From Botryllus schlosseri (lineage: Eukaryota), in assembly GCA_051294905.1 (NCBI GenBank), contig CM119372.1:4032001-4096000 (forward strand): DNA of 64,000 nucleotides. The letters run 5' to 3'. Positions 48,338-61,000 of the stretch are shown one piece after another. The number at the start of each line of letters is the position of its first letter. Positions within the stretch are counted from its first letter, which is position 1. The notes below the pieces were generated by a model. It saw only the letters and a program-made list of their open reading frames with translations. It searched no databases and was not told the origin of the DNA. A program made the position numbers and the translations under genes.

Positions 48338-51300
48338 CCCAGCAAACACCCGATATCCCATGGATTTACTGGTATGTCCACAATTGTTCCAACTCGTCCC
48401 ACCTCCCAAGGTTGGTTACTGAGGACTTGCTCAGTTTGTCGCAAATTGGACGTCCAGTTATGTAACTCCAGGTGACTTCCAGTGGAAGAAATTTTTAGAA
48501 TCTTCCTGTCCCCGTCACCAATGAATATTCCAGAGGATGTCAGGGTAGTCAGTCACCTGGATGCCACGTACATGGGAGTTCATCAGGATGCCCCTACTTG
48601 GATATCGTTTTCATGGAGTCCAGCTGGCTTGTTCAAAATAAAGACTCTCTCTCTCTCTCTCTGTTCAAAATGGCATATTATCATTATTCATCCCCATTGG
48701 GATGCACATGCACATCTCGCGGACGAAATCGTAAGACATATAGGCTATATAGCCATTTATTGATGTACTGTTTTTTTTCAAATATATCGCAATCCTGCTT
48801 TGTATTGATTTAATGAAATTGTTAATGAGCTGAACTATAGGCCTAAAGAGGCATATAGCAGGACCCAGGCGTGCACCTGCACCTGCACAACTGCACAGTG
48901 CACATCATGGCGAAATACGTGTTCTGAATATGTATACTATCCCAATATGGTGAAATACAAGAACAAATGTGAGCATCAAGGTGAAATTGTGATGCATGTG
49001 GCGGCATCACAACGTGATTCAGTAAGCATGATACGCCATGACCAATTGACCATTCGTAGCACACAACACGTCAAGTCTGGTATCTCAACAATCGCGGCCC
49101 AGACAGCCTTCTTCCTTCTCCGTCACGTGATACCTGCTCAGTGCAGCGCGACGGCGCGTGCTTCTGGCATTTGAATCTGAGTTGATGTCGGTATGACTGA
49201 TGCGACGAGTTTCTTAGAGAAAATGGACGCAGACAAAACAGTCATTAGTCATTGATTAGATTGAGAAGCTGTACGAAGCGAAAGCTGAAGACTTGCTGTC
49301 TGTTGTTAGTGTTGTTGATTCAGAAACTCTACCCGAACCGCTCCAACAGTGAAACAGTTTGAAATGGTAAGAGTTCTAATTAATAATGATATAGAATGAT
49401 GCGTAAAGAGACTTAACTACCGTATACACTTCTTGTGAGCGTAATTTAGCTTCTCCTTTTTCGTTGATAGTTTGTGTTCAATATCGATATATGGTAGAAC
49501 ACTCATTGTTTGTTACGCCTCGTTATTTCTTGAAATGCAGATACGCCATACTGTGAAGTGTGAACACGCTGCAGTATGATTGAAACGCCATAAACACCTA
49601 TTTGCTGATTCATTCCAATAGCAATGTTTTGCAGGTCGGTAGACTGAATGTTCCTCAAGATAGTGATAAAAATATCTTATGTATTTGCGCGGTCATACCG
49701 TAGTAATTTATGTAATAAGGCATTTATATATTACTTGGCATTGTACTAGTTTGGTTGCGCCTGAGACTGATTGCCGCCATTGTGGATTATTCCCAATTAA
49801 CAACTCTTGCTGAAAGTATTCTGCTGACTTTTCCTTCAAAAACCTGATAAAATGAGTACATTTGCTGAAAAGTATGTCCCATATACAACCTATATGAGTA
49901 ATTGATTATGAACAAGTGCAAGTTATACTTTGATAGGATACCATGATTGATTATTATGTAGTTCATTATTAATGACTATGCCCCTTTGTAGAACATTACA
50001 CGCTCTTGCCGTGGTCAAATTCACCCTGTATATATAGCCGCACCCCGCACCCGTGTAAATTTTCCAGTAACGATAACGACAAGGTAACTAATGTTAATAT
50101 ACAAGCATATTGTCTAAACGTGATAGAAGGCATTATTTAAGATTATGTTGACTCCCTCTTCAAGTTGAGGAAATGCATGTGCCGCAATCAAACCCAACTC
50201 AGAGCCGCGGTTTGGCCTTTATCGCCCAGCGAATCTCGGCTATCAAAATGAATTATCGAATTACCATTGATGACGTAATCATATTCTGGGTGATTCACAG
50301 TAGCCAATATTCTCGCCAACAGTAACCTGATAACTGATTAGTGTGTAAATGTACTATAGGCAGCATGCTTGCACCCGCATCGGTTTGTTTTTGTTTCGCG
50401 TACTGTCAGATGACTTGAATACAATCATTCTGATTTTTTACCTAGATATCAGCAATGTCAGCCGTTGGTGATGACCACGTCAAGCAGACTGCACGAAGAA
50501 TGCATTATAAAGTGTGTAGTGTACCGTCAGCATAATGAAGTACTGAAATACATCATGGGCTTCAACTCGACAAAAAAGAGCACGGAACAAGTGGTGCCTG
50601 TATAATATCATTTTCTGTAAGTTGAATGGTAGGCCTACCTATCATATGCGAAAATCAATGTTCAAAATCAGAATCTATTTTCAGGCACCGGATGCGAAAT
50701 CCATTCATCAACAATGCGAAGTGTGGCGCCAGGCCCAGGCATGAAAGTTGGAGAGCAAACGAAGGTAAAATAAATAGCTTGGATACAATTTGCAAAAACC
50801 GAAGGTGGTTAAAGAATTTAGTGTTGGTACTCAATCAGTCGTAGCATCATATCATACATTTCTGCTCAAGTTCAAGTAGCAGTAGTGAGCGATTGCTCAA
50901 GTGGAAATAGAAATTAAGAAAATTGCACGAGCATCAAGAAGTGGATTAGCCTGAATTGTGGAATTCTTTTAGAGTGTAATCGTAAGTGGCCATTTCCGAA
51001 TATAGGTATAGTCAAGGTGAAAGTAGTATCCTAAATTTCTGTTGAAACCACAAGCGGAAATGAAAAATTGCGTTGATAAGTCTTCAAGAAATTTTGAGAA
51101 GTAAATTTGAAATTTTGAGAAGTAAATTTGGTCAAGGTTTTACCATCATCTTGCCACAAAATCGTGACTATTTCTGAATATAGGCAGTCAACGTATATCC
51201 ATGTTGACTAGCGCGTATCTTTATGTTGAAGATGATCAGCATTGGAACCCAAGCAAAGCATCAAATTTCTAATCGAGTGTATGTAGAAATCTATAAGGCA

Positions 51301-54300
51301 TGTAAAAGCTGCTTCCAGTACAAGCAGAAAATTGAGTTAGAAAGAAATCTTGTAATTTGTTTCATAGAGTAGATTTGGTCTCGGTCAGGAGTAGCCAACC
51401 CGTGGCTCGCGAGAAGGTTTTCAGTGGCCCGCGAGTTAATTATCGAAATAAATTGCAATATCAAAAAATAAATTAGGCAGGTAATTTATTGTGAGCTTGC
51501 AAGACCAACGAAAATTTGATTGTCCTGACCGCAAACTTTGAGATGTTGATGACGAAAATATCAGTTCCGACGCATTGGCGTAGCCAGGGGCCATCCACAT
51601 TTTCGTATATGAACATAAAGTAGAATATTTTGTCGCAGATTTATTTGACTTGATATTTTTCTTAGCTCTTCGCGCGCGATTTATTGTCACTCGATTTCTA
51701 TCTTTTATAGTATTGTTTTCCTCTCATGAAAATTAAATATGCGCCCAATCTACGGAATTGAGCTCAACTATATTCGCAATTATGTGAGAACTTGTTGTCC
51801 TACATGCGACTTCGCGCCTGCACTCGCTGAAAAATAGTCGTTGATGAAACCTTTGAGCAAAATGATAGACACATGTTCACTGAAATCTTCGATTCGTGTC
51901 TTGGTCAATTAAGCCCTGCGGTACACAGATCTGGTCAATTGAGCCCAGCGGTATGCAGAGGTGACCCACAATATATGCAACATTATTATTGCCAGAATTC
52001 ATTCATTAACTTTGAAAAAATTTCGCGATTTCGGATCATATAGGTTCTATTCTAGCTGCACCTATATTCGCAAACAATGGAATTGTCAATAATATGGTGA
52101 TTTGGCGGCAAAATACCGTTAAATTCAATAAAACAGTAGCTTTTCTAACAATGATGTAAGTCGGTATTTTTCTATGCTACCTATAATTTACTCGAACACT
52201 GCGGCAAACCTGGGTATGCATTGAGGTAGACAAAGTATGTTACTGTAAACGCGGACGTTGAAATTTTCTGCATCGTCTTAAATAGTGATTCAGGTTTCCC
52301 TCAAGGCCAGGGATCATTTGAGTCTTTTGTGATGCACTAGTGCGACCACAGATATTGTAATTATATTTTTGTGAAACTATTGTCTTCACCATGTAACTTG
52401 CATGTATCAGTTCCGTTTTGGCGTTTGTGCTTCTGTTTTTGGTAATTTTTTCATAGAACTCTGAACGCAATATGCAGTTTTTCCGCACTCGATATTTGCT
52501 GTGTTGAGGGATTATTTAATGGAAGTATTTCTTGCAGAAATTTCAAACGTTGCATTGCATCAAACAAGCATTGTTCAATCTACGCAGAATTGCTGGGCGG
52601 TCTGTATGTTTGACAGCCCTGATGTAATGGAATTTGGCTTCTTGCCAACATGGGTAGTCGAAGTAAAAGTAGTCAGTACTGCTCAAGTAATACATAATTT
52701 CTAGTAAAGTATATGTCGTGGTTTACAAGACAAGTTAAACCTACCTCAAGGAAGCCGTTAGTGTGATGTCGTAAATTTGGTCGAGGTGTCGCTTGATTTT
52801 TGCATATAACCGTAAGTGGCATTTAAAAAATTGAAGTATTCAACGTTGGGACTCTGGTGGAAGTAGAAGTAACAGGAATTTATACTGGAGTATGTAATGA
52901 TTTACGAAGTATGTTAAAACTACTCCAAGTTGAAATTTAAGTTGAAAGGTACTCGAGTTGTTTGAAAATGGTAGATTTGGTTGTAATGTTTCATTCTTTT
53001 ACCATGTAATGGTCCGAACATGGGTAGCCGAAGTAAAAGTAGTCGTTGTTGGTACTTGAGCTGAAGTAGAAGTAACATCATAAATTTCAACTGAAGTAGA
53101 AGTAGCAATTTTCAAGGTATGTCAAAATTATTCCAAGTGGAAGTAGAAATATAAGTTGATAAGTACTCGAGAAGTGGTCTTCGTCGAACAGGAGTTAGTT
53201 CTCAAGCAGACATGTACCGGTAAGTAACGTAAATCTGTAGTGAAGCATATGTAGCACTTTCCAAGGCGTTGTATAACTACTTCGAGCAGAAATAGGCAAC
53301 ATACTGAATTCACTGACATTGCTGTATATATTTCAGCCACAAGCGCTGAGAAAAAACGTTTTGGTGCAGCCACTTGTGATTGACGAAGAAAAAGAATAGG
53401 CACTCGACATCTGCAAACGGTGCATTGATTTAATTCTTGCAGAGTGAATTTTTACTGAACGCTTTTTGTAATGCTCGTTTTAAATTGTTGCGGTTTCTTT
53501 ATTCCTGCGATACCATTCTTTCATTTCATCAATCTTTTGCACATGGACTGTTCCATTAGCTTCGAGTTGTCCCAACAGTTGCAGTGTCTTATATTCCTGT
53601 GACACCTTTTTTTATGTAATTAATGCTTTTTTACTTTGACTATTTGTCATTAGTTTGAGTGGTATTAGCAGTTGCTGTTTGCTAAACTCCTGTGACACAT
53701 TTTCTGTGATTGCTTGTCGCAATATGATTATTTACTTCAGCCTTGACTGTGTTAAGTGGTAGTAGTTCTCGCCTTATTTCACATTTTTTGTTTCGTAAAT
53801 TGATAATAACCAATATCGTATTTGTATTTTGCCAGTTTCATTCCCCACTCACCCAATATACGCTGTGTGTGAGCTGATATGATGTTGTATCCCATGTTGT
53901 TAGTCGTGAGGCGTTGAACCAGGTATGGAGTGGAGATGATAAAGGGGGCGAATGACACTTCCATAGGGAGTGGCGTCATGTCCACAGTACGTCAGGCGAG
54001 TCCATAGGGAGTGACGTCATGTCCACAGTACGTCAAGCGTGTCCATAGGGAGTGGCGTCATGTCCACAGTACGTCGGGCGTGTCCATAGGGAGTGACGTC
54101 ATGTCCACAGTACGTCAAGCGTGTCCATAGGGAGTGGCGTCATGTCCACAGTACGTCAGGCGCGTCCATAGGGAACCACGTGACGTCCAGGCTAGGTCAG
54201 ACGCGTCCATGACGAGTCTCTCCATGTCCACAGCACGTTATTGCAGACGTACTCAGCAAGTGGACAGGACGTCTCTAGTTGTCGACAAACCCACTCCAGG

Positions 54301-54378
54301 GAGGTAACGGCCGGAAGTAACCGGATGTCCTGCCAGCTATTCCACCGGAAGTCAACTGGACATCGAGTGTTTGCTGGG
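48338..54378. mobile_element. ~6-kb CMC/EnSpm-like DNA transposon, apparently non-autonomous
   Basis: TIR CCCAGCAAACAC.CGAT.TCC / GGACATCGAGTGTTTGCTGGG, flanked by TA on both sides. GGAYRTCC-like subterminal motifs at both ends and a subterminal tandem array. No transposase ORF seen. Confidence 0.65.
53961..54236. repeat. 41-bp tandem array, about 5.5 units plus degenerate flank
   Basis: Unit CCATAGGGAGTGRCGTCATGTCCACAGTACGTCARGCGWGT at 53961, 54002, 54043, 54084, 54125 and 54166. Confidence 0.92.
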
Positions 54379-54887
54379 TAGGAACCACTGCTCTATACAG
54401 ATGAACAAGCAGGCTTAAAAGTAGACGCATTTCCGGTTCAGTTTATGTAGCCCCTGTGTTTAATTCACACATTAATATTCAAAAGTGGGTTTTATGTTCT
54501 AAATTCCAGGCTACTTTTCGCGGGCCAATCGGAATCGCGTCGCGGACCACACTTTGCCCAGGTCTGAGTTAAATTGAACCTGCTTCCGGGCCGAATATTG
54601 TTACCTCACGAAGTTCTGAATATGTTTGAATTCGATGCTTTATTTATTTCACCTATTGAAAAGTCTTCATAATTTTGCATCTTGAAATTTAAGTATAAAA
54701 TTATAAAATACCTGGCGGAAAGTCATCTCGGTCCGGCACCGGTCCGCGGACCGGCGGTTGAGAACCACTGGTCTAGAATGAATCACTATAACTATACTAG
54801 AAAACAATAAAATATCTTGTTACTACGTCACATATACTGCAATCTTCTTGCTGTGGTTAAGTTCCCAGCTACAAATCATGCAGTAGC

Positions 54888-55003
54888 TGTAGCAACGTAA
54901 CTGACGATCTGTCTAATACGAAACGTGTATGTTCTCAAGCAGCTAGATCTACAGTGTCGACCCAGCACCGAAGAATATTAGCACACGCGATATCGTCACT
55001 ACA
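54888..55003. mobile_element. Very short solo LTR-like element (116 bp)
   Basis: Termini TGTAG...CTACA. 5-bp TSD GTAGC. Reverse-complement similarity to 37214-37348. Confidence 0.7.
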
Positions 55004-55058
55004 GTAGCGTGCACTGTACAGTGTACAGTGTCAGTTTATATAGCTCAGTGGTGTACAC

Positions 55059-55682
55059 TAGGGCTGTTCAAAAATAACTTTTTTCCCGGATTCCAGCCAT
55101 TCACTGATTAAATTGTCAGGTTACCCTAAAAAACGCTGCACACCAAATTTGGCTCGATTCTAACAAGTACAGGACTCCGCAGATCCAATTAAAATTTTCG
55201 ATTTTTTAATTTATTATGGAAAATTGAAAAAAAAAATTTCCTAATTTTTCTGCCAACCCCATTAGATTGTTGAGCTGTCTTCAAAGACGTTGCAAAACAA
55301 ATTTGAGTCAATTCCTACCAGTAGAAGCGGAGTTATGTGAGTTTTTCGTTGATAAATCGCGGATTATCCACCAATCAAGGATAATCCGAGAAATATCAAG
55401 GAAAAACTCCAATAACTCCGCTTCTACTGGTCGGAATTGACTCAAATTTGTTTTGCAACGTCTTTGAAGACAGCTCAAACAATTTCATGGGGTTGGCAGA
55501 AAAATTTGGAAATTTTTTTTTCAATTTTCCATAATAAATTAAAAATTTTAATTGGATCTGCGGAGTCCTATACTTGTTAGAATCGAACCAAATTTGGTGT
55601 GCAGCGTTTTTCAGGGTAACCTGATAATTTAATCAGTAAATGGCTGGAATCCGGGAAAAAAAGTTATTTTTGAACAGCCTTA
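55059..55682. mobile_element. Near-perfect palindromic hAT-type MITE (624 bp)
   Basis: Termini TAGGGCTGTTCAAAAATAAC...GTTATTTTTGAACAGCCTTA. 8-bp TSD GTGTACAC. Arms complementary to a centre near 55372. Fragments also at ~8550-9083 and ~26305-26560. Confidence 0.92.
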
Positions 55683-56995
55683 GTGTACACACGAAACAAT
55701 AACCATAAAATCACTTGCCCACTGGCCAATGATATGACATGCTTTGCTTCGATTGAGCTGCAGAACACTCCTGTTCAAGCCTCCACCAGCAAATCAACCC
55801 AAAAATTTCAAGAATTATCATTATGTGAAACACCATCAAAATCGACCGATACCAGCAAAGGTCGACTAAACGCATATGACGGTATAATCGAGTTCAGATA
55901 TAGATACGATTGTTATATCACACCTTAGGGGCTACAGGGCTATGTTGCCCCACTTGCTCGGTAATTTTATGAATAGGAGAGACTAAATAACCGTTTCTTT
56001 ATAGTGCGTGGCTTTGAGAGAATAGACAGTGAAAGCTTGTTATGAGCCAGCATGTTCCTTATTGTTGTTGTTGTTGTGATTAAAGATTGACTGTAGCTGT
56101 ACTTGTCTGGCGTTCTCAGTATGGAAATTAGAGTTACGTAGTTAGTTAACTACTCAGTAGGATACAAGTTCCTGCAAGCATTGTGTTTCTTAGCGTGAAA
56201 ATGACCACTGACCGGCGCTAAAATGCTCGTTGATATAAAATAGTCGCGCTCCCGCCTCCCACAGGCTGCACATTGCACAATGCACATGCACACTCCTAGA
56301 CTAAAGCATTCAAACAGTTTCATACGATAGTAGGCTGCCGTATATATATTTTGTGGGTTTCCCAAAATCAAGAAATCAGGTCACCTTGAAGCTTAAATAG
56401 CAGCCCTCGTGCGCCCCTATCCGGGTTGGCGCCCTTGGGATGCTTGAGTGATTTCATGCGGGTTGCGTTTTTGGTCTCGCCGTTGCTGGATTGTTGAGTA
56501 CGACTGAGTGAAAAAACTACCTATCTGAGCAAAGGCCTCTACATTGGCGAGCACGCCAGGACCAGAGTGGACAGTTCATCTCAGCCGTAAATCTCCGAGG
56601 CTAGACATATCGAAGAAGAGTTTGAGTCGCATCAACTAGACGTGCTACGAACGAAAATTGAATACGTCGAGGGGAGAACGACCAACACCGAAAGTAGAGT
56701 ATCGGGGCAGATTGAGCGCATCTCAGAAAAAAATCTACTTGCTGTAGAAGAGATGATCGACCAAAAACTGCAGGCGTGGGAGAGCAGGGTTCTTTCGGTA
56801 ATTAGAGAAATGCAAGATACTGTACCGGAACTGTAGACTATAGTTTTGAAGACAAAAGCAGTGTTGATTGTCCATGTGTTTCAACTCCTGATGGTATATA
56901 TTCCAACGATAAAATATTTTCGAGCAGCAAGAAATCAACCGAAATACCAGTGCCTGGTAAGCCTATTCATCTGATATCGAAAACGCCAAATGTTC

Positions 56996-57831
56996 GGCGC
57001 TTCTTCGATATACGCCCCAGATCGAAACAGTGTTTCACATGTTACCAGCAAGTGTTTCCCATGAACACGATCAAATTTTATAAACGTCAAAATAAATTGT
57101 TTTTTTGCCTGTGGAGAGACGGATATTAGGGCTGGATGTGGTCAAAGTTGGGGTTAGGGGTAGGTGGATATTAGGGTTGGAGGTGGGTTAGGGTCAAAGT
57201 TAGTGTTAGGGTATCCCAAGATTATGGTCGGGAGAGTGTGGAATATCGTGTTCCGCACTCCAAACCTATTCTTGGGTTACCCTAACCCTAACACAGCTCT
57301 AACCCCAACCCAGCTCTAACCCTAACCCTAATATCCCCCTCTCCTCCAACCCTAATATCCCATTTCCTAACCCTAACACAGCTCTAACCCTAACTCTAAA
57401 CCCATCCCCTAACCCTAATATCCCCCTCTCCTCCAACCATAATATCCCCCTTTCCCAACCCTAATATCCATCATTCCTCGAACCCTAATATCCACCCTCC
57501 ACTCAACCTTAAAATCCTCCCTCCCCAGTCCTAATATCCCCCTCTCCTCCAACCATAATATCCCCCTCTCCTCCAACCATAATATCCCCCTTTCCCAACC
57601 CTAATATCCATCATTCCTCGAACCCTAATATCCACCCTCCACTCAACCTTAAAATCCTCCCTCCCCAGTCCTAATATCCCCCTCTCCTCCAACCATAATA
57701 TCCCCCTCCCACAACAAAGGCAAAAAACAATTTATTTTGACGTTTATAAAATTTCATCGTGTTCACGGGAAACATTTTCTGGTGTCATGGGGAACATGAT
57801 TTCAATCTGGGGCGTATATCGAAGAAGCGCC
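56996..57831. mobile_element. MITE with ~130-bp TIRs carrying telomere-like TTAGGG/CCCTAA arrays
   Basis: TIR GGCGCTTCTTCGATATACGCCCCAGAT. 8-bp TSD AAATGTTC at 56988-56995 and 57832-57839. Confidence 0.88.
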
Positions 57832-58072
57832 AAATGTTCTACCTAATAAGTAATTAGTGAAACAACACACGTTACGTTGGACCATCTAAGCCACTTTGAG
57901 TATGTTGTTGGCTGCACCCCATCTTGGGGTGTACGTGAAATTCTTTCATATTTTGGCTGGAGCCCGGAAGGTCCCGTGCTGAGGTTTCTGCCGAGGATTC
58001 CCAAAACTTCGACATGATAGTGGAGCATCTCAGAAAACGTTTTGGGAAGGAGCAATCTGGACAAAACGACAG

Positions 58073-61000
58073 TGTTTCTTGGTATACATTTATTATGGCT
58101 TCCATGTGCCATCAACCAGAGATGAGATAAGAGATGAAGCGGTCAAGCACGAGTGATGCGGTCACGCACAGTTGGGTAAGGCATGACGTCATACCTTGCT
58201 ACTTTACAGGGAAGCATCATCATAATACATACAATAACCCACGTAACATCCCTTTCTCAAAACATCACAAAATAATAGAAAACGAAGCGAACCGGAATAG
58301 GATATAAATTACAGCAACGAATCAAGTTGTAACATAGTCTTGCAAGTATGCTGGTCGAATTACTGTACGGCTTGGCCTGCTGCTACTGGAACCAGATAAC
58401 GACCCATTAGTGTCGCTGTTCACTACTGCTGGTCTGGCAATCGAAATGTCGTCAAAGTCAAATGCAACATGCGGGCGAGTTACAGTAGTTCGAATAAACT
58501 TTCTGTTGCGTCGGTAGATCGTTCCATCTGTCGCCTTAACAATGTACGATCGATCATTCAGTTGCTTAATCACCACCGCTTCGAGCCACAAGCCATTTTC
58601 TGTCCTTTTGAATCGAACCTGTTGACCAGGACTCAACAGGGCGAGGTCTTTTGCACCACGATTGTAATACTTTGCCTGTTTTCTTTTCCGATCCATAAGC
58701 GATGGAATGACACCAGAAACAATTTTCGGCTCAAGCAGTTTAGTTGCTATTGGCAACAAGGTCTTGGTGCGTCTTCCAAATAGCCTCTGTGCTGGAGAGC
58801 CAGGAACAGTCTCGCCTGGAGTGTTCCTCCAATCCAACAGTACAATATTTATGTCTTTTTTGTCAGTTGTCGCTTTACGAAGTAACGATTTGAAGATTTT
58901 GACAGCTGATTCCGCCTTTCCATTCGATTGGCTGTGTCCTGGAGAGCTGGTCACATGTTCAAACTCATATTCCTTTGCAAATGCCTCGAAGTCATGAGCA
59001 GCATAGCATGGACCATTGTCAGTAATCAATTTCTCGCAGATTCCATGACGTGCCATATGTGATTTTAAGCGGCAAATAACTGCTGTAGAAGTCTGTGAGG
59101 TCAGTCGATCTACTTCAAAATAATCCGAGTAGTGATCAACTGTAATCAAATAATGTTGTCCGTCAAATTCACATAAATCGCTACTGATTATTTGCCAAGG
59201 ACGTCCTGGTACCGGATGTGAAATCAGACTTTCCTTCTGTTGGTTGGGTTGGTGTAAGCCACATGTGGGACAGCTTGATACGAAGTCCGTAATATCGTTA
59301 ACCATGTTGGGCCAATACAAACATTCACGAGCCCGGCGTACACAACCTTGAATTCCAACATGACTGGCATGAAGTCGCTTGAGAATAGTGCCTTTTATGG
59401 ACGACGGTATGACAATACGATCACCCTTCAGAACGATTTGATCCTGAAATGTCAACTCCTCTTTAAAACAGTAAAAATTTCGAATTGATTGGGGTACCAG
59501 CTTGGCTTCATTCGGCCACCCATGTTTTATAAAAGAGATTAACGTGTTCATGACAGAATCAGAGATTGTTGCTTGGCTGACCATGCCGAGCGTGGAGCTT
59601 GATACCGGTACATCATTCAACATGTCGATATGTTCAATCTGTTGAAAGATATCAAACACATCAGCAGTTTCTGCGTCTTTGGGTGACTTCGGAATGTACG
59701 CACGACTCAACGTATCCGCCACAAATAATTGTGATCCAGGCTTGTATATCACCTCGAAGTCATACTTTTGGAGCTGAAGTAACATGCGCTGTAACCGTTT
59801 TGGTGCATTAACCAGACTTTTCTTTGTGATCACTTCCAGAGGTTTGTGATCGCTTTCTACTGTTACAAATCTGCCATAGACATATAACTCAAATTTTTCC
59901 ATGGCAAAGAGAATAGCAAGCAATTCTTTTTCGATTTGCGCATAGTTGCACTCCGTTGTTGTCAACGCCCGTGAAGCATAGGCAACAGGGTGAGAGTTTT
60001 GCAATACACAGCATCCTAGCCCTTTTGAACTGGCATCACATTGCAGTACCATAGGTGCGTTTTTGTCGAAGTATTGTAAAACTGGCGCGTTGATCAAGGT
60101 TTGTTTTATTTTCTCAAAGCATGTCCCATGGAGGATTGGATCCCATATGAACGCGTTGTCTTTTTTTAGGAGTTCGCGGATGGGAGCGGTTATATCCGAA
60201 AGCTTAGGGGCAAAACGCTGCAGAAAATTCGTCATCGCTAAAATTCTCTGGACGCCCTGCTTATCCGTTGGAGGGGGCATTTTTATGATGCCTTCAATTT
60301 TGCTCGATGAGGGTTTTAGACCATCTTTTGAGATGGTATGGCCTAAGTAAGGCACTTCAGTCTGCAGATAGCGTAGTTTCGCTTTATTCAGTTTAATACC
60401 AGTTTGTTGACAGCGTTTCAACAGTTCAAAGAACTTTTTCTTATTGTCCATAGTCGCCTCTTCAACAGTGTCGCCCACACCATAAATCAAGATGTCATCC
60501 GCGACGGGCGTGATTCCCTCCAGGCCGTCCAGCGCTATCTTCAGTCTTCTCATGAACTCCTCCGGTGCTGGGCTGATCCCGAAAGGTAGTCGGAGCCATC
60601 TGTAACGACCATATGGAGTACCGAATGTAGTTAGATAACTACTAGTATCATCAAGTTCTACATGCCAAAATCCATTTTTTACATCACACAGTGTAAATAC
60701 TTTGGCATTGTGCATATATGGTAACACATCATCAACTGTCGGCATTGGATAGTTGTTGCGTTTTAGGGCTTTGTTCAGCGCCAGGGGATCCAGGCACAAG
60801 CGGATATCTCCAGATTGCTTTTTTACAGTGACCAGATTAGATATCCAGGGAGTATGGCAATCCACGGGAGCTATTATGTCAGCATCAACCAAACTATCAA
60901 TTTTCTCCTTCACTTGTGCTTCAAGTGCCAGGGGTATTTTGCGAACAGGCATCTGTACAGGATTGATAGTGTCATCAATTTCCAGATGAAGTTTACCCTC

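Noticed and set aside
53961..54236. 41-bp periodic array as a CRISPR array
   Set aside because: Units repeat end to end with no unique spacers, there are no cas genes, and the context is eukaryotic.
47541..54566. One hAT element (CAGGCCTGGGCAAAGTG...CACTTTGCCCAGGTCTG) enclosing the EnSpm-like element
   Set aside because: The ends are complementary but the flanks (GTTTAGTG versus AGTTAAAT) do not form a TSD. They may be two separate fragments.
57120..57710. TTAGGG/CCCTAA tracts as a telomere or chromosome fusion site
   Set aside because: The tracts are degenerate and enclosed by TIRs and a TSD, so they are part of a MITE.
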